Shown here piece after piece: positions 63,838-64,000 of a stretch of DNA of 64,000 bases (the first letter of the stretch is position 1; each line of letters opens with the position of its first letter). The DNA lies in assembly GCF_006345805.1 (NCBI RefSeq), contig NC_042998.1, forward strand, positions 6,696,001 to 6,760,000, written 5' to 3'. The position numbers and the translations under genes are program-made. This stretch comes from Octopus sinensis. Taxonomy: Eukaryota. The notes beneath the pieces are model-generated. The model saw only the letters and a list, made by a program, of their open reading frames with translations. It was not told where the DNA came from and searched no databases.

Positions 63838-64000
63838 GTGTGTGTGTGTGTTTGTCCCCCCTAGCATTGCTTGACAACCGATGCTGGTGTGTTTATGTCC
63901 CTGTCACTTAGCAGTTCGGCAATAGAGACCGATAGAATAAGTACTGGGCTTACAAAGAATAAGTCCCGGGGTCCAATTTGCTCGACTAAAGGCGGTGCTC

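Overview
AT-rich, repeat-saturated eukaryotic DNA. I infer an octopod (Octopus-like) genome from the tRNA-derived SINE families and microsatellite load. No host protein-coding gene is recognisable, and nearly all listed ORFs are SINE or microsatellite read-throughs. The real coding remnants are transposon-derived: an RTE RT ORF (40.1-41.4 kb), CR1-type LINE 3' ends, mariner/Tc1 transposase pieces, a Gypsy pol relic and two Penelope-like (PLE) GIY-YIG endonuclease relics. Non-autonomous Helitrons and MITEs are also present. Four signals stand out. (1) About a dozen type I hammerhead-ribozyme motifs occur in short fold-back elements that mostly sit in or next to (TA)n tracts, often inside the internal microsatellite of one SINE family; two unrelated families have about 530-nt direct-repeat monomers, like retrozymes or non-autonomous PLEs. 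(2) Several of these otherwise dissimilar families share an H-type pseudoknot with compensatory base changes. (3) There is an intron-containing tRNA-Lys(UUU) with canonical anticodon-intron pairing. (4) A CpG-rich promoter-like island at 51.4-51.8 kb overlaps a densely helical segment. All calls were made by eye; repeat boundaries are approximate.
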